A DNA stretch of 64,000 nucleotides from an uncultured candidate division Zixibacteria bacterium (lineage in GTDB: Bacteria > Zixibacteria > MSB-5A5 > GN15 > FEB-12). A program made the translations under genes and the position numbers. Below the pieces are notes generated by a model. That model saw only the letters and a list, made by a program, of their open reading frames with translations. It was not told the origin of the DNA and ran no database searches. Of the stretch, positions 41,715 to 54,134 are shown one piece after another (the first letter of the stretch is position 1; each line of letters begins with the position of its first letter). The DNA lies in assembly GCA_963806185.1 (NCBI GenBank), contig CAWDXE010000001.1:448001-512000 (forward strand), written 5' to 3'.

Positions 41715-42884
41715 TTATTGGATCGCCCCTTGGCTACGGAACGCCCAGTGGATGTCTTTTACTCGAGGGTCAGACAGAATCAGTTGACGATCAATCAGAT
41801 TGGTATCTGCAACTCGGCCCCTGAACAACTTCTCTCCATCGCGATAATAGACGGTATCTGACTCGATCCAGAGAACTTCGCCATAACCTTCAATATCTAA
41901 GGTGGTCAGCCGCATAGTCTGCGGATTCAGTAACAATAGCGATCCGGTGCGAAGTGAAAGTGCCCCTCTTGACTCACCCATATCAATAGGCAAATGCCTT
42001 TGGATAACCTCGCCAATCACCCATCCGTTGAGCGCTCGGACACTCGAGACATTGCCTGGCACGATGATCGATCGCCAAGTCCGTGCGGTTCGCGAAAAGA
42101 CGAGTAACTCTCGTTCGCTCTCGTCGTGATTGGGCACAGAAGTCATTACCATGAAGGTAGATTCGTGTGCAACGAGATTCCATCCCCTGGCGGTCTTCGT
42201 TTGAATCACGCTATCTGGCACGGGAAACGCCTCCATATCGATTCCTGACGTAGCCCATGCCGGCCGCACGGCCGGACCCGTGACTCTGTTGAACGGAACA
42301 AGATCTTCTCCGTCGACGAATAACCTCGTGCCCGCGAGACGCAAGTCACCATCCTGTTGTTCCTCGGACAGCTTAGCTGATTGGTCTGCTCGCAACGGAG
42401 AGACTCGTATAGTACGCGCTCTCGCACTACCAGTCCTTGACTTCGTATCCAGCGAAATCTGCCCGAGGGGAGTGCCCGTCACATATTGGTGCCACATCAG
42501 CACTCGGGCATCATCGGGAGGAGTAATATCTGTCACCAGTTGTCGAGTGGCTGTGGAAACCACTTGGATACTGCCATTGTGCTGACCGGACTGTGCAATA
42601 AGCAAGCACTCGGCTTCCGGGAACACGCGCACCGACTGCACGATCATAACAGGAGAAATCCAAAGCGTGTCCAGAGTATTGTTACTATCGAGGCTGTACA
42701 TCAACACACAAACAAATTCGCTATGGAGTGAATTTGGAAACTTGGGGGATTCGGACAAAAATACCAGCTTTGAAGTGTCAGTTGTCGATGCCCAGCTATG
42801 CGACACAATAATCAGGGCAGCGGCCAAGATGGCCAAGCAATGAGAAATCACTCTCGAAGTCATGACACAATGGGCACATTTCAT
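41715..42884 (-). CDS. hypothetical exported beta-rich protein
   Basis: 389 aa, signal peptide ending SWA; GAGG RBS. Confidence 0.65.
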   Translation of the reverse strand: MKCAHCVMTSRVISHCLAILAAALIIVSHSWASTTDTSKLVFLSESPKFPNSLHSEFVCVLMYSLDSNNTLDTLWISPVMIVQSVRVFPEAECLLIAQSGQHNGSIQVVSTATRQLVTDITPPDDARVLMWHQYVTGTPLGQISLDTKSRTGSARARTIRVSPLRADQSAKLSEEQQDGDLRLAGTRLFVDGEDLVPFNRVTGPAVRPAWATSGIDMEAFPVPDSVIQTKTARGWNLVAHESTFMVMTSVPNHDESERELLVFSRTARTWRSIIVPGNVSSVRALNGWVIGEVIQRHLPIDMGESRGALSLRTGSLLLLNPQTMRLTTLDIEGYGEVLWIESDTVYYRDGEKLFRGRVADTNLIDRQLILSDPRVKDIHWAFRSQGAIQ

Positions 42885-42888
42885 TGGT

Positions 42889-43174
42889 TCACTTGTCCTC
42901 TCTCAAACCGCTTGCTCGCAGATGCGTATTACCGCTGTCGACCGGCAATTGGCTCGGGGCAAATCTGCAAACGTCATTGACGTAGAAATTGGTGTGTAGA
43001 TTTTCAAGCGAATCACGATATAGCGATGAGTCGTTGACGCACCAAGTTCTCGAATTCAGGTCAAAATAGCAGAACCGTCGTTGTTCAATGGTCTGGCCAG
43101 GAGACGCCTGAATCCCAAGACCATTATACAATTTGATGGCACATGCGTTTTCAATAGGATTAGAACTGCTCAGA
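42889..43174 (-). pseudogene. 5'-truncated gene fragment abutting repeat A
   Basis: Open frame from the repeat boundary to a stop 4 bp before the next gene; no convincing start. Confidence 0.4.
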
Positions 43175-43339
43175 CCACCGCGTACCCCACCTATCAGGTG
43201 GGTTCTTCCATTAGCGCTTTTCCCCTGACATCTCGAACCACACCACCGTCGCGGAGTACCTCCGCCCGTGTGACAGCAATATCGCCGCTCATCTCCATTA
43301 ACGCAATGTCGTGATTATTATAAGAGTAAAGCTCCCCCG
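43175..43339 (+). repeat. direct repeat A, copy 1 (165 bp), ending in the tRNA-Asn 3'-end sequence
   Basis: Identical to 44580..44744 (offset 1405). Confidence 0.95.
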
Positions 43340-43703
43340 AGCGGACGTTACTCGAACTTTTTCGGCGTTCATCGAGCATATGTGGAGCGCCGCGTGAAGC
43401 GGGGTCTACGAGACGCGTTCCGCAACAGGGTGGTCGAGAATGCGGCGTGAAACACGTTCCCCGTAACAGTGCAAACGGCCAGTCCCGGGAAGTCGCTAAG
43501 TTCTTCGTGTATAAAAGGTAAACCTCATCGCTCTCAACCTGCAGGGAGCGGGCGCTTCGGTTCTAATGAGGCAGGAGCGCAAGGCTCCTGCCCTACGAAC
43601 TACTGGGTACACGGAACATACCTGCCAAACTGCGCAGCCTCTTGTTGCCCAGGTTCGGGCGCTTGCCTCCACGGAGTGAAGTGCCGACCATATACCGAAT
43701 CGG

Positions 43704-44225
43704 CTATTTCAGACGGTGTATCCAAAACATGAAACTGCCGATGGCGAATAGTATTGTGCCGGAAAACACCCCAGCGGTCGCCCAAGCCCATTTCCTCCTC
43801 TCGGTTCCTGTCATTTTCTCAAAAGCGTGGAAGTAATCAAGATATTTGTCGTGCCTGAATAATAGGATATGGTTCACTGCAATTGCAGCGGCAATCAGTA
43901 TGACAATTTGATAGGTCCCAAGTCCGAATTCGGCCCTGGTTACTCCACAGTAGAAGTCCCGTAGTCCCAGGCAGAATAAGAAGACGAGGATGCCCATCGC
44001 GCCACCTGCAAAAATGCTACTCAGCCCGATGTCTGGCCTTTCCCAAGCGTGGTCTATTTCGCGGCGAATGTCAATATGCCTCCTTTTGTAGAGTCGCTTC
44101 AGCGAAGGTATCCGATGAAGAAGCACGAACGGATTGATTCTGTTAGTCATTCGGTGAAGTTCACAAACACCTCGATAGGTGAAGTAGTGCACGATATTCC
44201 AAAACCGCTCCACAAATTCCTCCAC
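43704..44225 (-). CDS. membrane protein, putative immunity protein
   Basis: Three TMs; starts 2 bp after the stop of the toxin-tip-like fragment. Confidence 0.55.
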   Translation of the reverse strand: MEEFVERFWNIVHYFTYRGVCELHRMTNRINPFVLLHRIPSLKRLYKRRHIDIRREIDHAWERPDIGLSSIFAGGAMGILVFLFCLGLRDFYCGVTRAEFGLGTYQIVILIAAAIAVNHILLFRHDKYLDYFHAFEKMTGTERRKWAWATAGVFSGTILFAIGSFMFWIHRLK

Positions 44226-44227
44226 GG

Positions 44228-44579
44228 CTAGTGAAGAAGACCTAGGGCGTCCGAAGCTACGTCGGAACCCCATACGCCGCCAGCGATTCCGACAACCACA
44301 CCACCAATGATTGCACCCGGGGCTGCGCCGATGCCGCCAAACATTGCGCCAACAACTGCACCCGCCTCTGATCCTGCCACGGCACCGGCCCATGCACCCG
44401 CTATTCCTCCCACTGATTCGGCCGCCGCTTCCTGTGTGTTTTGGCCAATGGTCCCCCCATCCTCCATGTATCCAGCGCGAACATCAATGAACCCAAATGC
44501 AAACGCGGCAACCAGCGATCCCTTGCCAATTGCCTTTCCCAATCTGGCGGCGCTGTGGGTGACAATTCGCGCCCTGCTT

Positions 44580-44580
<1 letters not shown>
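44228..44580 (-). pseudogene. orphan polymorphic-toxin (Rhs-like) C-terminal fragment with glycine zipper
   Basis: GGSRARIV...GGIAGAWAGAVAG...GAIIGGVVVGIAGG; frame cut at the repeat A boundary. Confidence 0.5.
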
Positions 44581-44809
<229 letters not shown>

Positions 44810-45057
44810 GTATCAAGACTACCCCTTTGGCCTTTTTTGCCCGGCCAAAAGAGATCGTTAGTATACCCCTTTTCGGCTTTTTGTCAACGCCTTTTAACTC
44901 CCCCAATTGCCCGTGTCTCACCCCCTCCGAGTCGCCTCGCCGTTACATCCACCATATAACCCGCCCCTTATTCCCCAACGACTTGCCCACCACTGGAACA
45001 TTCATTTGCGGACTACGTACAATCTCCCAGTTCCGCTGTGACATAGCTTAGTAGGAG

Positions 45058-46042
45058 ATGACTATGAGAAAGAAATTCGCACTCCTGATTCTGCCGGCCG
45101 CAGCCATTTGCCTGCTCGCCGCCTGGCCCGCCCACGCACAGTCGAGCCGCAACGGTAATTCCGCCTGGCTCGGCATCTACACTCAGACGGTCGACAAAGA
45201 GATCGCCGAAACCTTCAAGCTCCCCTCCAGCGAAGGTGTCATGGTGAACCGGGTGATCGACGACTCCCCCGCCGACAAGGCCGGACTCCGCGAAGACGAC
45301 ATCATCCTCAAATTCAATAATCAAACCGTCAACAGCGCCAACGACCTGACACGCCTGGTACGCAGAAGCGACGTCGATGAGAAGATCACGCTCAATATCC
45401 TGCGTGACGGCAACCCGATGGACCTGACCGTCACACTGTCCAGCCGCGGTGAAGATTTCGATTGGTCCGAGTCGACTATTCCCGACGTGCCCGATGTTCC
45501 GGGCGTTCCAAAAATCTCCGGAATCCCGCACACCTTCTACTTCAGCACCGATGATCAGGCATATCTGGGTGTTTCCCTCAACTCCCTCTCCGATCAACTC
45601 GCCGACTACTTTGGAGTACAGTCGGGCACTCTTGTCTCCGAGGTCGACGAGGATTCGCCGGCTGCCAAAGCCGGTATCAAAGCAGGCGATATTATCACCC
45701 AGGTCGGTGACGAAAAGATCACCGACGCCGGCGACGTTCGGGAAATCATCAGTGATATGAAAGACGGCGAGAAAACCACCATCACTATCGTCCGCAACAA
45801 ACAGAATCAGACTCTGACGGTGGCCCCGGAAATCGACAAGAGCAACTCTCGCCACCGGGGCAGTTTCTACACTACCGACATCCCCAAAATTAAGCTCAAT
45901 TTGCCGAAGACTCGCGGCCTCTGGTACGGCAGCCCCGGGAATGGATCAGACAGCGACGATTTGCAGAAGGACTTGGATGACCTGCGCAAAGAGATGGATC
46001 GAGCTGCGCAAGGAGCTCCAGGAATTGCGTGGCGGCCACTAG
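45058..46042 (+). CDS. exported tandem-PDZ protein; +1 frameshift near 46000
   Basis: AWLGI/AYLGV...DSPA.KAG(L/I) twice; corrected end ELRKELQELRGGH then a terminator. Confidence 0.85.
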
Positions 46043-46096
46043 GAAAGCTCAAGAGGCTTTCGAGAAGCATCCCGGCCCGACCTTCCCCTTTCCGCC

Positions 46097-46135
46097 CGAC
46101 CCGCCCCCGTAAAACGGGGCGGGTCGCTGCTTTTT
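46097..46135 (+). terminator. rho-independent terminator
   Basis: cgacccgcccccgt-aaa-acggggcgggtcg followed by a T run. Confidence 0.7.
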
Positions 46136-46175
46136 GGTGTTGCCGCATGTGGTTGAGCCGGATTATCTTCCCGGT

Positions 46176-47148
46176 ATGGCAACCATCACCGTCGAGAAAG
46201 TATACCTGTCGCGGAATCAGGATCTGGAACTGACCCTCCTTTCCGCCACCGACTCCGGCATGCAGCGAGTCGTCCAGAACGCCGAGCTTCATCGCCCCGG
46301 CCTTGCCCTGACCGGCTTCTTCGAACGCTTCGCCTCAAAACGCATCCAGGTGCTGGGCGAAACCGAAATGACTTACATGAGCCGCCTCTCGCCCGATCGA
46401 CTGACCGACGTTGCCGATAAGGTCTTCGCCTTCGGCGTGCCCATGGTGATAATCACGAAAGGAATCATTCCGCCCACCGAATTCATTACCGCGGCCGACA
46501 ATCACAACACGGCCGTATTCTCCAGCCGCCTCTCGACCGCCGTGCTCGTCAGCCGATCTGGCCGCCTACCTTGACCACGTCTTCGCCCCCACCACCAATG
46601 TGCACGGGACTCTGGTCGACGTATACGGTGTCGGGCTGATGTACACCGGCAAGTCCGGCATCGGCAAGTCCGAGGTCGCCCTCGACCTGGTCGAGCGGGG
46701 ACACCGTCTGGTCGCCGATGACGTTGTGCGGATCACTCGCGTCGCTCCCGATGTCATTATCGGCTCCGGTTCTGATCTGCTCGGGCACCACATGGAAATT
46801 CGCGGCGTTGGCATTATCGACGTTGAAGAGCTCTTTGGCATTCGGTCGATTCGTCTCCAGAAGCGGATCGAGGTCGAAGTCCACCTCAGCCTTTGGTCAG
46901 AGACGGCCGATTACGAGCGACTGGGCGTCGAGGACACGCTGACTACCATTTTGGGAGTGGAAATCCCCATCGTCAATGTCCCGATCTCGCCCGGCAAAAA
47001 CATCACGGTGATCTCCGAAGTGATCGCCATGAATCATATGCTCAAGGTGTACGGCGAGAATTCGGCGGTCGAATTCTCCAAAAAACTCTCCCAGCGCCTT
47101 TCCCGACAGTCGATTACGCAGGATTATCTCGAATCCGACTATGAATAG
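46176..47148 (+). CDS. hprK: HPr kinase/phosphorylase; frameshift near 46555
   Basis: HRPGLALTGF, RIQVLG; HGTLVDVYGVG, GKSGIGKSE, LVADD, EIRGVGII. Confidence 0.95.
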
Positions 47149-47298
47149 CTCGGCCCGATAACGGGCCGATTCGGGACTTGGCAAATCGACGTATCCTTTG
47201 TATACTTGGCGATTTACGGGTCCATCGCTCCAACCTTTCGGAACGCCGGCCCCCGGTTATCAGTAGAACATGGGTGAACACCTGGAGGATATGACGAG

Positions 47299-49035
47299 AT
47301 GAGACGTGTATTGGCACTGGGCTTGATAGCGCTGGCCACATCGGCGGTACTTCTTGGCGGATGCGGGAAATCCAGCAGCGATGTCGTTGCCAAAGTCGGT
47401 GACACGAAGATCACGACCGACGATTTCAATTATATTGCCCCGGCTCCGCAGCAAACTTTTGCCACCGCTCAGGACGAGTTCGACAATCGCCGCGCCGCCC
47501 TGGACACGGTTATCAATACTCGACTTCTGGTCCAGGCCGCCTACGAGAAGAAACTCGATCAACAGGAAGAAGTCGCCCGAGTGATTCTGGCCAACAAGGA
47601 CAAGTTCCTGCTCGACGTTCTGTATCAGAAGGAAGTCATCGAAAAGGCCACCGTCTCCGATGCTGAGATCCGCGACTTCTATAATCATCTCAACAACCAG
47701 GTGCGCGTCTCGCACATTCTGGCCAGTACCGAGGACTCCGCCCGCATGATTTTCGACCGGGTCAAGGGAGGGGAGAACTTCGAGCAGTTGGCGTATGACC
47801 TCTCCAAGGATCCGTCGGCAAAACGCAATCGCGGCGACATGGGGTACTTCCTCTGGGGAGCCATGGTCGATGAATTCCAGGATGTCGCGTTCAAGATGGA
47901 AGTCGGCGAGGTTTCGCCGCCCGTCAAGACTCGCTTCGGCTATCATATCATCAAACTTGTCGACAAGAAGCCCAACGACCAGCTCGCCGAGTTCGATAAG
48001 ATGAAAGAGAACATCAAGGGCCAGTTGATCACACGCAAGCGGTACCAGTTGACCGAGGCCTACTTCGTCGATATCCGCAAGCGCTATCCGATCACGGTCG
48101 ATAGCTCAACCTGCCAGTATGTTCTGCACAAACGGGAAAATCTTTATCCGCCGCAGCTTCTGGCGGCCATGCCAAAAAGCGATTTTGACGACGAACAATT
48201 GGATCGAAACGAAAAGGATCTCGTCATCGCCACCTGGGGCGAAACCGGACAGGTCACCCTGTTTGATTATCTCACTTCTTCGCGCCAATTCCCCGTCCAG
48301 ATGAAGCCTGATCTGGACGATTACGATTCCGTCGCCGCGATAATCTTCGAATTAAAAAAGCCGGAGATTCTCGCCTATCAGGCCGCCAAAGAAGGTATCG
48401 AGAACGATCCCGAGTTCAAGCGCAAGATGCAGATATTTAAAGAGCTGAGCATGGCCGATATCATGCGCAATGATTCCATGTTCGTCCCCCAGCCCCCGAC
48501 AGAGGAGAATATTCGAGCCTACTATGACGCCCACCCGGAAGAGTATTCAATTCCGGCCCGCGCCCACGTCTACGAAATCCTCCTGAGCGACGAAATGCTG
48601 GCGACTAAACTGACCAAGGAGATTTCCTCCATAAAGGATTTCCAGGAAAAAGCCATGGATCTCACCGAACGGCCGGGCAAACGTACCAGCAACGGCGAGC
48701 TGGGATGGGTGGAACGAACCTGGTTTCCGGAAATCTTTGACGCCGCCTGGAAGACATCCGTCGGAGCCATCGGCGGACCTGTCGCTACCCAGGGGAAGTA
48801 CTCTATCTTCTACGTGGCCGACAAGATGGAAGCTCAGATGAAGGACTATATCGCGGTGAAGCGGGAGATTGCCTCCAAGATCAGCGCCGATAAGAAAAAG
48901 GAATTGTACACGCAATGGCTGGCCGACCGCCGCGCCAAAACCGACGTCGAAGTGTACGAGGACGCTCTCTGGAGCACGATTGATAAGAACAAGTACGCCG
49001 CAACCGGCGGCGCTGAGGCCCCAAAGACAAACTAG
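47299..49035 (+). CDS. parvulin-type peptidyl-prolyl isomerase lipoprotein
   Basis: LGGC lipobox; SHIL...FEQLA..LSKD...GDMG...TRFGYHIIK. Confidence 0.9.
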   Translation: MRRVLALGLIALATSAVLLGGCGKSSSDVVAKVGDTKITTDDFNYIAPAPQQTFATAQDEFDNRRAALDTVINTRLLVQAAYEKKLDQQEEVARVILANKDKFLLDVLYQKEVIEKATVSDAEIRDFYNHLNNQVRVSHILASTEDSARMIFDRVKGGENFEQLAYDLSKDPSAKRNRGDMGYFLWGAMVDEFQDVAFKMEVGEVSPPVKTRFGYHIIKLVDKKPNDQLAEFDKMKENIKGQLITRKRYQLTEAYFVDIRKRYPITVDSSTCQYVLHKRENLYPPQLLAAMPKSDFDDEQLDRNEKDLVIATWGETGQVTLFDYLTSSRQFPVQMKPDLDDYDSVAAIIFELKKPEILAYQAAKEGIENDPEFKRKMQIFKELSMADIMRNDSMFVPQPPTEENIRAYYDAHPEEYSIPARAHVYEILLSDEMLATKLTKEISSIKDFQEKAMDLTERPGKRTSNGELGWVERTWFPEIFDAAWKTSVGAIGGPVATQGKYSIFYVADKMEAQMKDYIAVKREIASKISADKKKELYTQWLADRRAKTDVEVYEDALWSTIDKNKYAATGGAEAPKTN

Positions 49036-50337
49036 ATGACAAAATTACGCCCTTTCCTTTTCGTCGCGCTCGCTGCGCTCGCTTCGACGACACCCGCATT
49101 CGGCCAGCGTGAGACCGTTGACAAGATCGCCGTGGTCGTCGGTAACGAGATTATCCTCGCCTCCGAGGTCGCCAGCAGCATGCAGCGTCTCGTTCTGCAA
49201 ACCGGCGAACGGCCGAAGTCTGAGGAGGATGCTCAGAAGCTCCGCGACCAGGTGCTCAACCAGCTAATCGCGGATAAACTCTTCCTCGCCGAAGCAAAGA
49301 AAGACACGACTATCTCTGTACGCCCCGAGGAGGTTCAGCAGGCGGTCAAGGAACAAATGGCCCGCGTACGCGAAAATTTCACCACTGACGCCGAATTCGC
49401 CTCCGAGCTGCAAAAAGCGGGGATGACACAGCGCGACCTTGAACGTCAATACAGCGACGAACTGGAAAAACAGCTCCTCAAACAACGGTACATTCAGAAG
49501 AAGTTGATGACCGTGTCCATCTCGCGTCACGAAGTCGAGCAGTTCTACCAGCAATTCAAGGACTCCATCCCCAATCTCCCCGAACGCGTCCAGTTGGCTC
49601 ACATCCTCCTGCCGGTCGCGGCCTCTTCGAAAGTCGAGGACTCCGTCAAGGCCCTTGCTGCCGGGCTCCGCCAGCAGATTCTGGACGGTGCCGACTTTGC
49701 CACCCTCTCCTCTCGGTATTCCAGCGCCGGCGCCGGTGAAAATGGCGGCGACCTTGGGTATATCGCACGAGAGGATATCGCACCGGATTTTGCCCGCGCT
49801 GCCTTCAATCTCAATGTCGGTGAAATCTCGGGGGTGGTGCGCACCCAGTTCGGCTACCACATCATCAAGAATGAAAATCGCCGCGAAGACAAACTCAAGC
49901 TTCGCCATATCCTGTTGGCGGTCACACCCGGGGCAGATGACACCGCCCGTACCGTCCGGCTTGGCGATTCGCTGATGACCCTCATCAACAGTGGCAGTGA
50001 CTTCGCCGAATTGGCAAAGGCCTTCTCCAGTGACGATGAAACCCGCCCGCGCGGCGGTCAATTGGGCTGGTATGCCGCCGACAAGCTTCCGGACGATATC
50101 GCCGCCACGGTGAAAGACTGGAAAACGGTTGGTGAAATTCGCGGACCGGTCGTCACCAAGTTCGGCGTGCAAATCGTCAAACTCCTGGATTACCAGGAGC
50201 AGAAGCAGTTCAGCATCGACTCCGATTACGACCGGATCAAGGAAATGGCCCGTCAGGACAAGACGGCCCGCATGGTCGACAAGTGGGTCGAAGAGATCAA
50301 GTCACACTCGTACATCGACTACCGACTGGAAGGCTGA
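49036..50337 (+). CDS. SurA-like chaperone/PPIase
   Basis: DKIAVVVGNEIILASE N-domain plus two parvulin domains. Confidence 0.9.
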   Translation: MTKLRPFLFVALAALASTTPAFGQRETVDKIAVVVGNEIILASEVASSMQRLVLQTGERPKSEEDAQKLRDQVLNQLIADKLFLAEAKKDTTISVRPEEVQQAVKEQMARVRENFTTDAEFASELQKAGMTQRDLERQYSDELEKQLLKQRYIQKKLMTVSISRHEVEQFYQQFKDSIPNLPERVQLAHILLPVAASSKVEDSVKALAAGLRQQILDGADFATLSSRYSSAGAGENGGDLGYIAREDIAPDFARAAFNLNVGEISGVVRTQFGYHIIKNENRREDKLKLRHILLAVTPGADDTARTVRLGDSLMTLINSGSDFAELAKAFSSDDETRPRGGQLGWYAADKLPDDIAATVKDWKTVGEIRGPVVTKFGVQIVKLLDYQEQKQFSIDSDYDRIKEMARQDKTARMVDKWVEEIKSHSYIDYRLEG

Positions 50338-50588
50338 TGCGGATCGACGACTACCTCTCCACCGTGGGCATCATCAAGCGCCGCACGATCGCCAAAGAAA
50401 TGGGCGATTCCGGCCTGCTGACTGTAAACGGCCGCAAGGTCAAGCCCTCCTACGACGTCAATCCGAACGATATCATTATCATCAAGGGCTCGCACCCGTT
50501 TCATGCCGAGGTGCTGTCCATCCCCCATGGCTCAGTCGCCAAAGCCGAGCGGTCAAAGTATTTCAAGGAACTCGGCCCCGCGGCCTGA
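50337..50588 (+). CDS. S4-domain RNA-binding protein (Hsp15/RqcP-like)
   Basis: MRIDDYLSTVGIIKRRTIAKE...VNGRKVKPS. Confidence 0.9.
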   Translation: MRIDDYLSTVGIIKRRTIAKEMGDSGLLTVNGRKVKPSYDVNPNDIIIIKGSHPFHAEVLSIPHGSVAKAERSKYFKELGPAA

Positions 50589-50706
50589 TATCGCTCTTCT
50601 GCTCCCTCGAAATCGCCGAACCAATTACTCACCATCGCTGTTCTATGTCTGAGCTTTGACGCCACCGGAGGTGGTCGGCTCACGTAATCGTTGCGAAGGA
50701 GTACTT

Positions 50707-52225
50707 TTGAAGACACCCCTGCCTAAGACCCTTGGTGAATTGAAACGCTCCGGCTGGGAAAGCCGAAGCGTCAAAGAGGAAATGCGCCGGAACTTGCTGG
50801 TCAAACTCGAAAAGAACGAACCGATATTTCCCGGCATAGTCGCTTTCGAAAAGACAGTCATCCCCCAACTCGTCAACGCCATCCTCTCGCGGCACCACAT
50901 CATCCTGCTGGGCTTGCGCGGACAGGCCAAGAGCCGCATTCTCCGACAATTGCATTACCTGCTCGACGAATTCCAACCGGTGGTCGCCGGTTCGTACCTT
51001 AACGAGGACCCGTACCACCCCATCTCACCCAAAGCCACTCAACTCATCGACGATATGGGCGACAAAACCCCCATCGAATGGCGCATCGCGCAGCGAACGG
51101 TACCATGAGAAACTCGCCACTCCCGACGTTTCCATCGCCGACCTGATCGGCGACATCGACCCGATCAAAGCCGCTCGCGAGAAACTCGATATCTCCAACA
51201 CCGAGGTCATCCACTGGGGCATCATCCCCCGCACCAACCGGGGCATCTTCGCCATCAACGAACTGCCCGACCTTCAGCCGCGCATTCAGGTCGGTCTGCT
51301 TGAATATTCTCGAAGAAGCCGATATCCAGGTCCGCGGCTTTCCGCTGCGCGTGCCGCTCGATATCTGCATGGTCTTTTCCGCCAACCCGGAAGATTACAC
51401 CAATCGCGGCAATATCATTACGCCGCTGAAAGACCGAATCGACTCGCAGATCATCACGCACTACCCGCGTACTGTCCAGCAGGCGAAGTCGATCACGCAC
51501 GCGGAAATCCAGCCCAAATCGACGTCGAAGATCACGGTGCCCGGAATTCATGCAGGACATCATCGAGGAAGTCGCCTTCGAGGCCCGCCAGAGTGAGTTT
51601 GTCGATCAGACTTCCGGCGTCTCGGCACGTGTGTCGATCTCCGCGTATGAGAACTTCCTCTCCAACATCGAACGCCGTGCCGTGCTGGCACAACGACAAG
51701 GATCTCTACCCGCGCATCTGCGACATCTACGCCATCATCCCGTCGATCACCGGCAAGATCGAACTGGTCTACGAGGGCGAGCAGGAAGGCGCCATTCTCG
51801 TCGCCCAGAATCTTATCGGCAAAGCGATCAACAAGGTCTTTCTGCAGTACTTCCCCGAGCCACCAAAGACAAACCGCGCTCCGATAATCGCGAGAGCCGT
51901 GGCCGCCGCCAGTCGTCAGGCCACGTCGGCCAACAATCCGTATGAGCTGGTTCTCGCCTGCTTCTCCAGCGGTAAGAAGTTGGAGTTGGCCGATGACCTG
52001 ACGTTCGACGAGTACCGCACCCGCCTGAACAGTGTGGGCGGCCTGAAGGAAGTCGTGAAGGAACACTTCCCAGCCTCCGACCCGCGCGAGGCGCTCCTGC
52101 GCATGGAACTGGTCCTCGAAGGCCTCCACCACAACAATATGCTCGCCCGTGAAGAAGTTGATTCGATGGTCCGCTACGGCGACGTCTTTTCTGACATGCT
52201 CCGCGGCATGGGAGGCGCCGATTGA
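50707..52225 (+). CDS. AAA+ ATPase (magnesium-chelatase/MoxR-like); several frameshifts near 51085, 51300, 51545, 51685
   Basis: GLRGQAKS Walker [30 protein letters not shown] spread over successive frames. Confidence 0.88.
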
Positions 52226-53348
52226 AATTCATCTATTCCGAATGGGATGATGAGCAATTCAACCGCATCAAGAATCTCTCTCCGACTTGATGGCGATCTA
52301 CAATTATCTCCTGATGCGCCTCTCCGGCGACGTCGAGGAGACATTCGCCCTCATGCGCCGTCTGCAGGCGCAGGGGATGCTCGACGAAAAATACGATCTC
52401 GACGAATTCGAAAAGACCCTCAAAGAATCAGGCCTCATCAAGCAAGGCAAGAGCGGATCGCTCTGTCACTTTCGCCGCAAGGGTGAGCGCACGCTGCGCC
52501 AGGACGCCTTCGAACAGATGTTCGAAAAGATGCGCACCTCCGGCAAGGGCGATCATCGGCTGCCCCACGAGGGGGGAAGCTCCGACGAACCCTTACCGGA
52601 GAAACGCGAATTTCTCTTCGGCGACAATCCGCGCAATATCGATTTCACCTCGTCGCTGTTTAACAGCATCGTCCGCACCGCCGACCTCAATCTCGACATG
52701 AATGAAAAGGATCTCGAGGTGTACGAGACCGAGCGCTCGACCTCCTGCGCCACCGTCATGATGATCGATATCTCGCACTCGATGATTCTCTACGGCGAGG
52801 ATCGCATCACCCCGGCCAAACAGGTGGCGATGGCCTTCACGGAATTGATTTTGACGAAATATCCGAAGGATGACTTATCGATCGTGACTTTCGGCGACGA
52901 TGCCAGTGAGATTCAGATCAAAGACCTTGCCTATCTTTCGGTCGGCCCGTTTCACACGAACACGCAGGCCGGCCTCCGACTGGCGCGGCAGATTCTGCTC
53001 GCCAAGAAGCATGTGAACAAACAGATCTTTATGATTACTGACGGCAAGCCGTCGATGATCATTCGTCCCAACGGTCAGGTGTACAAAAATCCGGTGGGGC
53101 TTGACCCGCGCATCGTGAATCGTACGCTTGACGAGGCGGTGATCTGCCGCAAGAAGCGCATCCCGATCACGACTTTCATGGTGACTGATGATCCGTATCT
53201 GCAGCAATTCGTGGCCAAGCTGACCGAACTGAATCATGGCCGCGCCTATTTCTCGTCGGTCGACAATCTCGGCAAGTATGTCCTCTGGGATTTCGTGAAC
53301 AATCGGAAGAAGAATAAAGTAGGTCAGGCTCCCTGTGAGCCTGACTGA
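52222..53348 (+). CDS. VWA-domain protein; frameshift near 52280
   Basis: DISHSM MIDAS, TNTQAGL, ITDGKP; partner of the upstream ATPase. Confidence 0.88.
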
Positions 53349-53697
53349 GGGACGAATTCAACGGCGAACGTACATCTTGTGCGCCGGCCGCACGGTATAA
53401 AATTCCTCAGAATGTGATCTTGGCCTCGGACGGAGGTCTTGTTATTCAGCGATGTGGCGGTCCTGTTTTCGTGGGTGCAAGGTGTATGTCAAGATTTTCA
53501 AAGTGTATGTCAAACATCACACGCGATTTCCAACGCGAAATGCGTTGTACCGGATCCGTTGAAAGACAACGGAGTACGAACGCGTGGGGCTCTACAGGGA
53601 AAGGCGAGCAAGTGAGTAGAGATTGTTTTTGCTCGATGGGTTTCGTTTATGGCGGGTCCATAGGAGTGTGGGTTGGGGTGGGTGTGAACAGTAGTGC

Positions 53698-54066
53698 CTA
53701 TATATAGGGTCCCGATCCGCATTTTGTAGCGAATTGGTAGTGCAATGGTTTGAGCTCCGTACTCCACCGCCTATGCGGTGGGATATCTGGGGGTATTGTC
53801 CCAATGAAGATACCCCACCGTAAATCGGTGGGGTACGAAAAGAGGGGCTTCAGGATTCGACGCTCAAGGTGTGCTACGGGCTGAACATGGTCAGGCATCA
53901 GCACATAGCCGAGAATTCCGATGTCGTACTTCTCCCGCATCGCGATCAATTGGTCAATGCACATCTGCGCGAGCACCTCATTGCGCAATGCCGGCATGCG
54001 GCGATATACGCTGAACGTGATGAATCGTGCAGCGCCATCAGAGTCGTAATGGCGAAGCCTAGTCAT
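53698..54066 (-). pseudogene. truncated REP-associated tyrosine transposase (RAYT, Y1 HUH family)
   Basis: RLRHYD...FITFSVYRR...GYVLMPDHV; similarity stops inside the HUH motif near 53880. Confidence 0.8.
53759..53836. repeat. inverted REP doublet downstream of the RAYT remnant
   Basis: gtactccaccg-cctatg-cggtgggatatc ... gataccccaccg-taaat-cggtggggtac. Confidence 0.75.
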
Positions 54067-54094
54067 GAAATCGTGAGTTACGATACTGGATCAC

Positions 54095-54120
54095 GGAACC
54101 CACCGCAAGTGGTGGGCCAC
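54095..54120. repeat. REP hairpin upstream of the RAYT remnant
   Basis: ggaacccacc-gcaagt-ggtgggccac. Confidence 0.75.
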
Positions 54121-54134
54121 CAGTCGAGGCGCAA

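Noticed and set aside
43194..43379. 61-aa ORF crossing repeat A
   Set aside because: Spans the att-like junction and non-coding repeat; the second copy has the tRNA in place of its start.
53400..53720. Short ORFs between the VWA gene and the RAYT remnant
   Set aside because: No recognisable motif or RBS; probably degraded or non-coding sequence.
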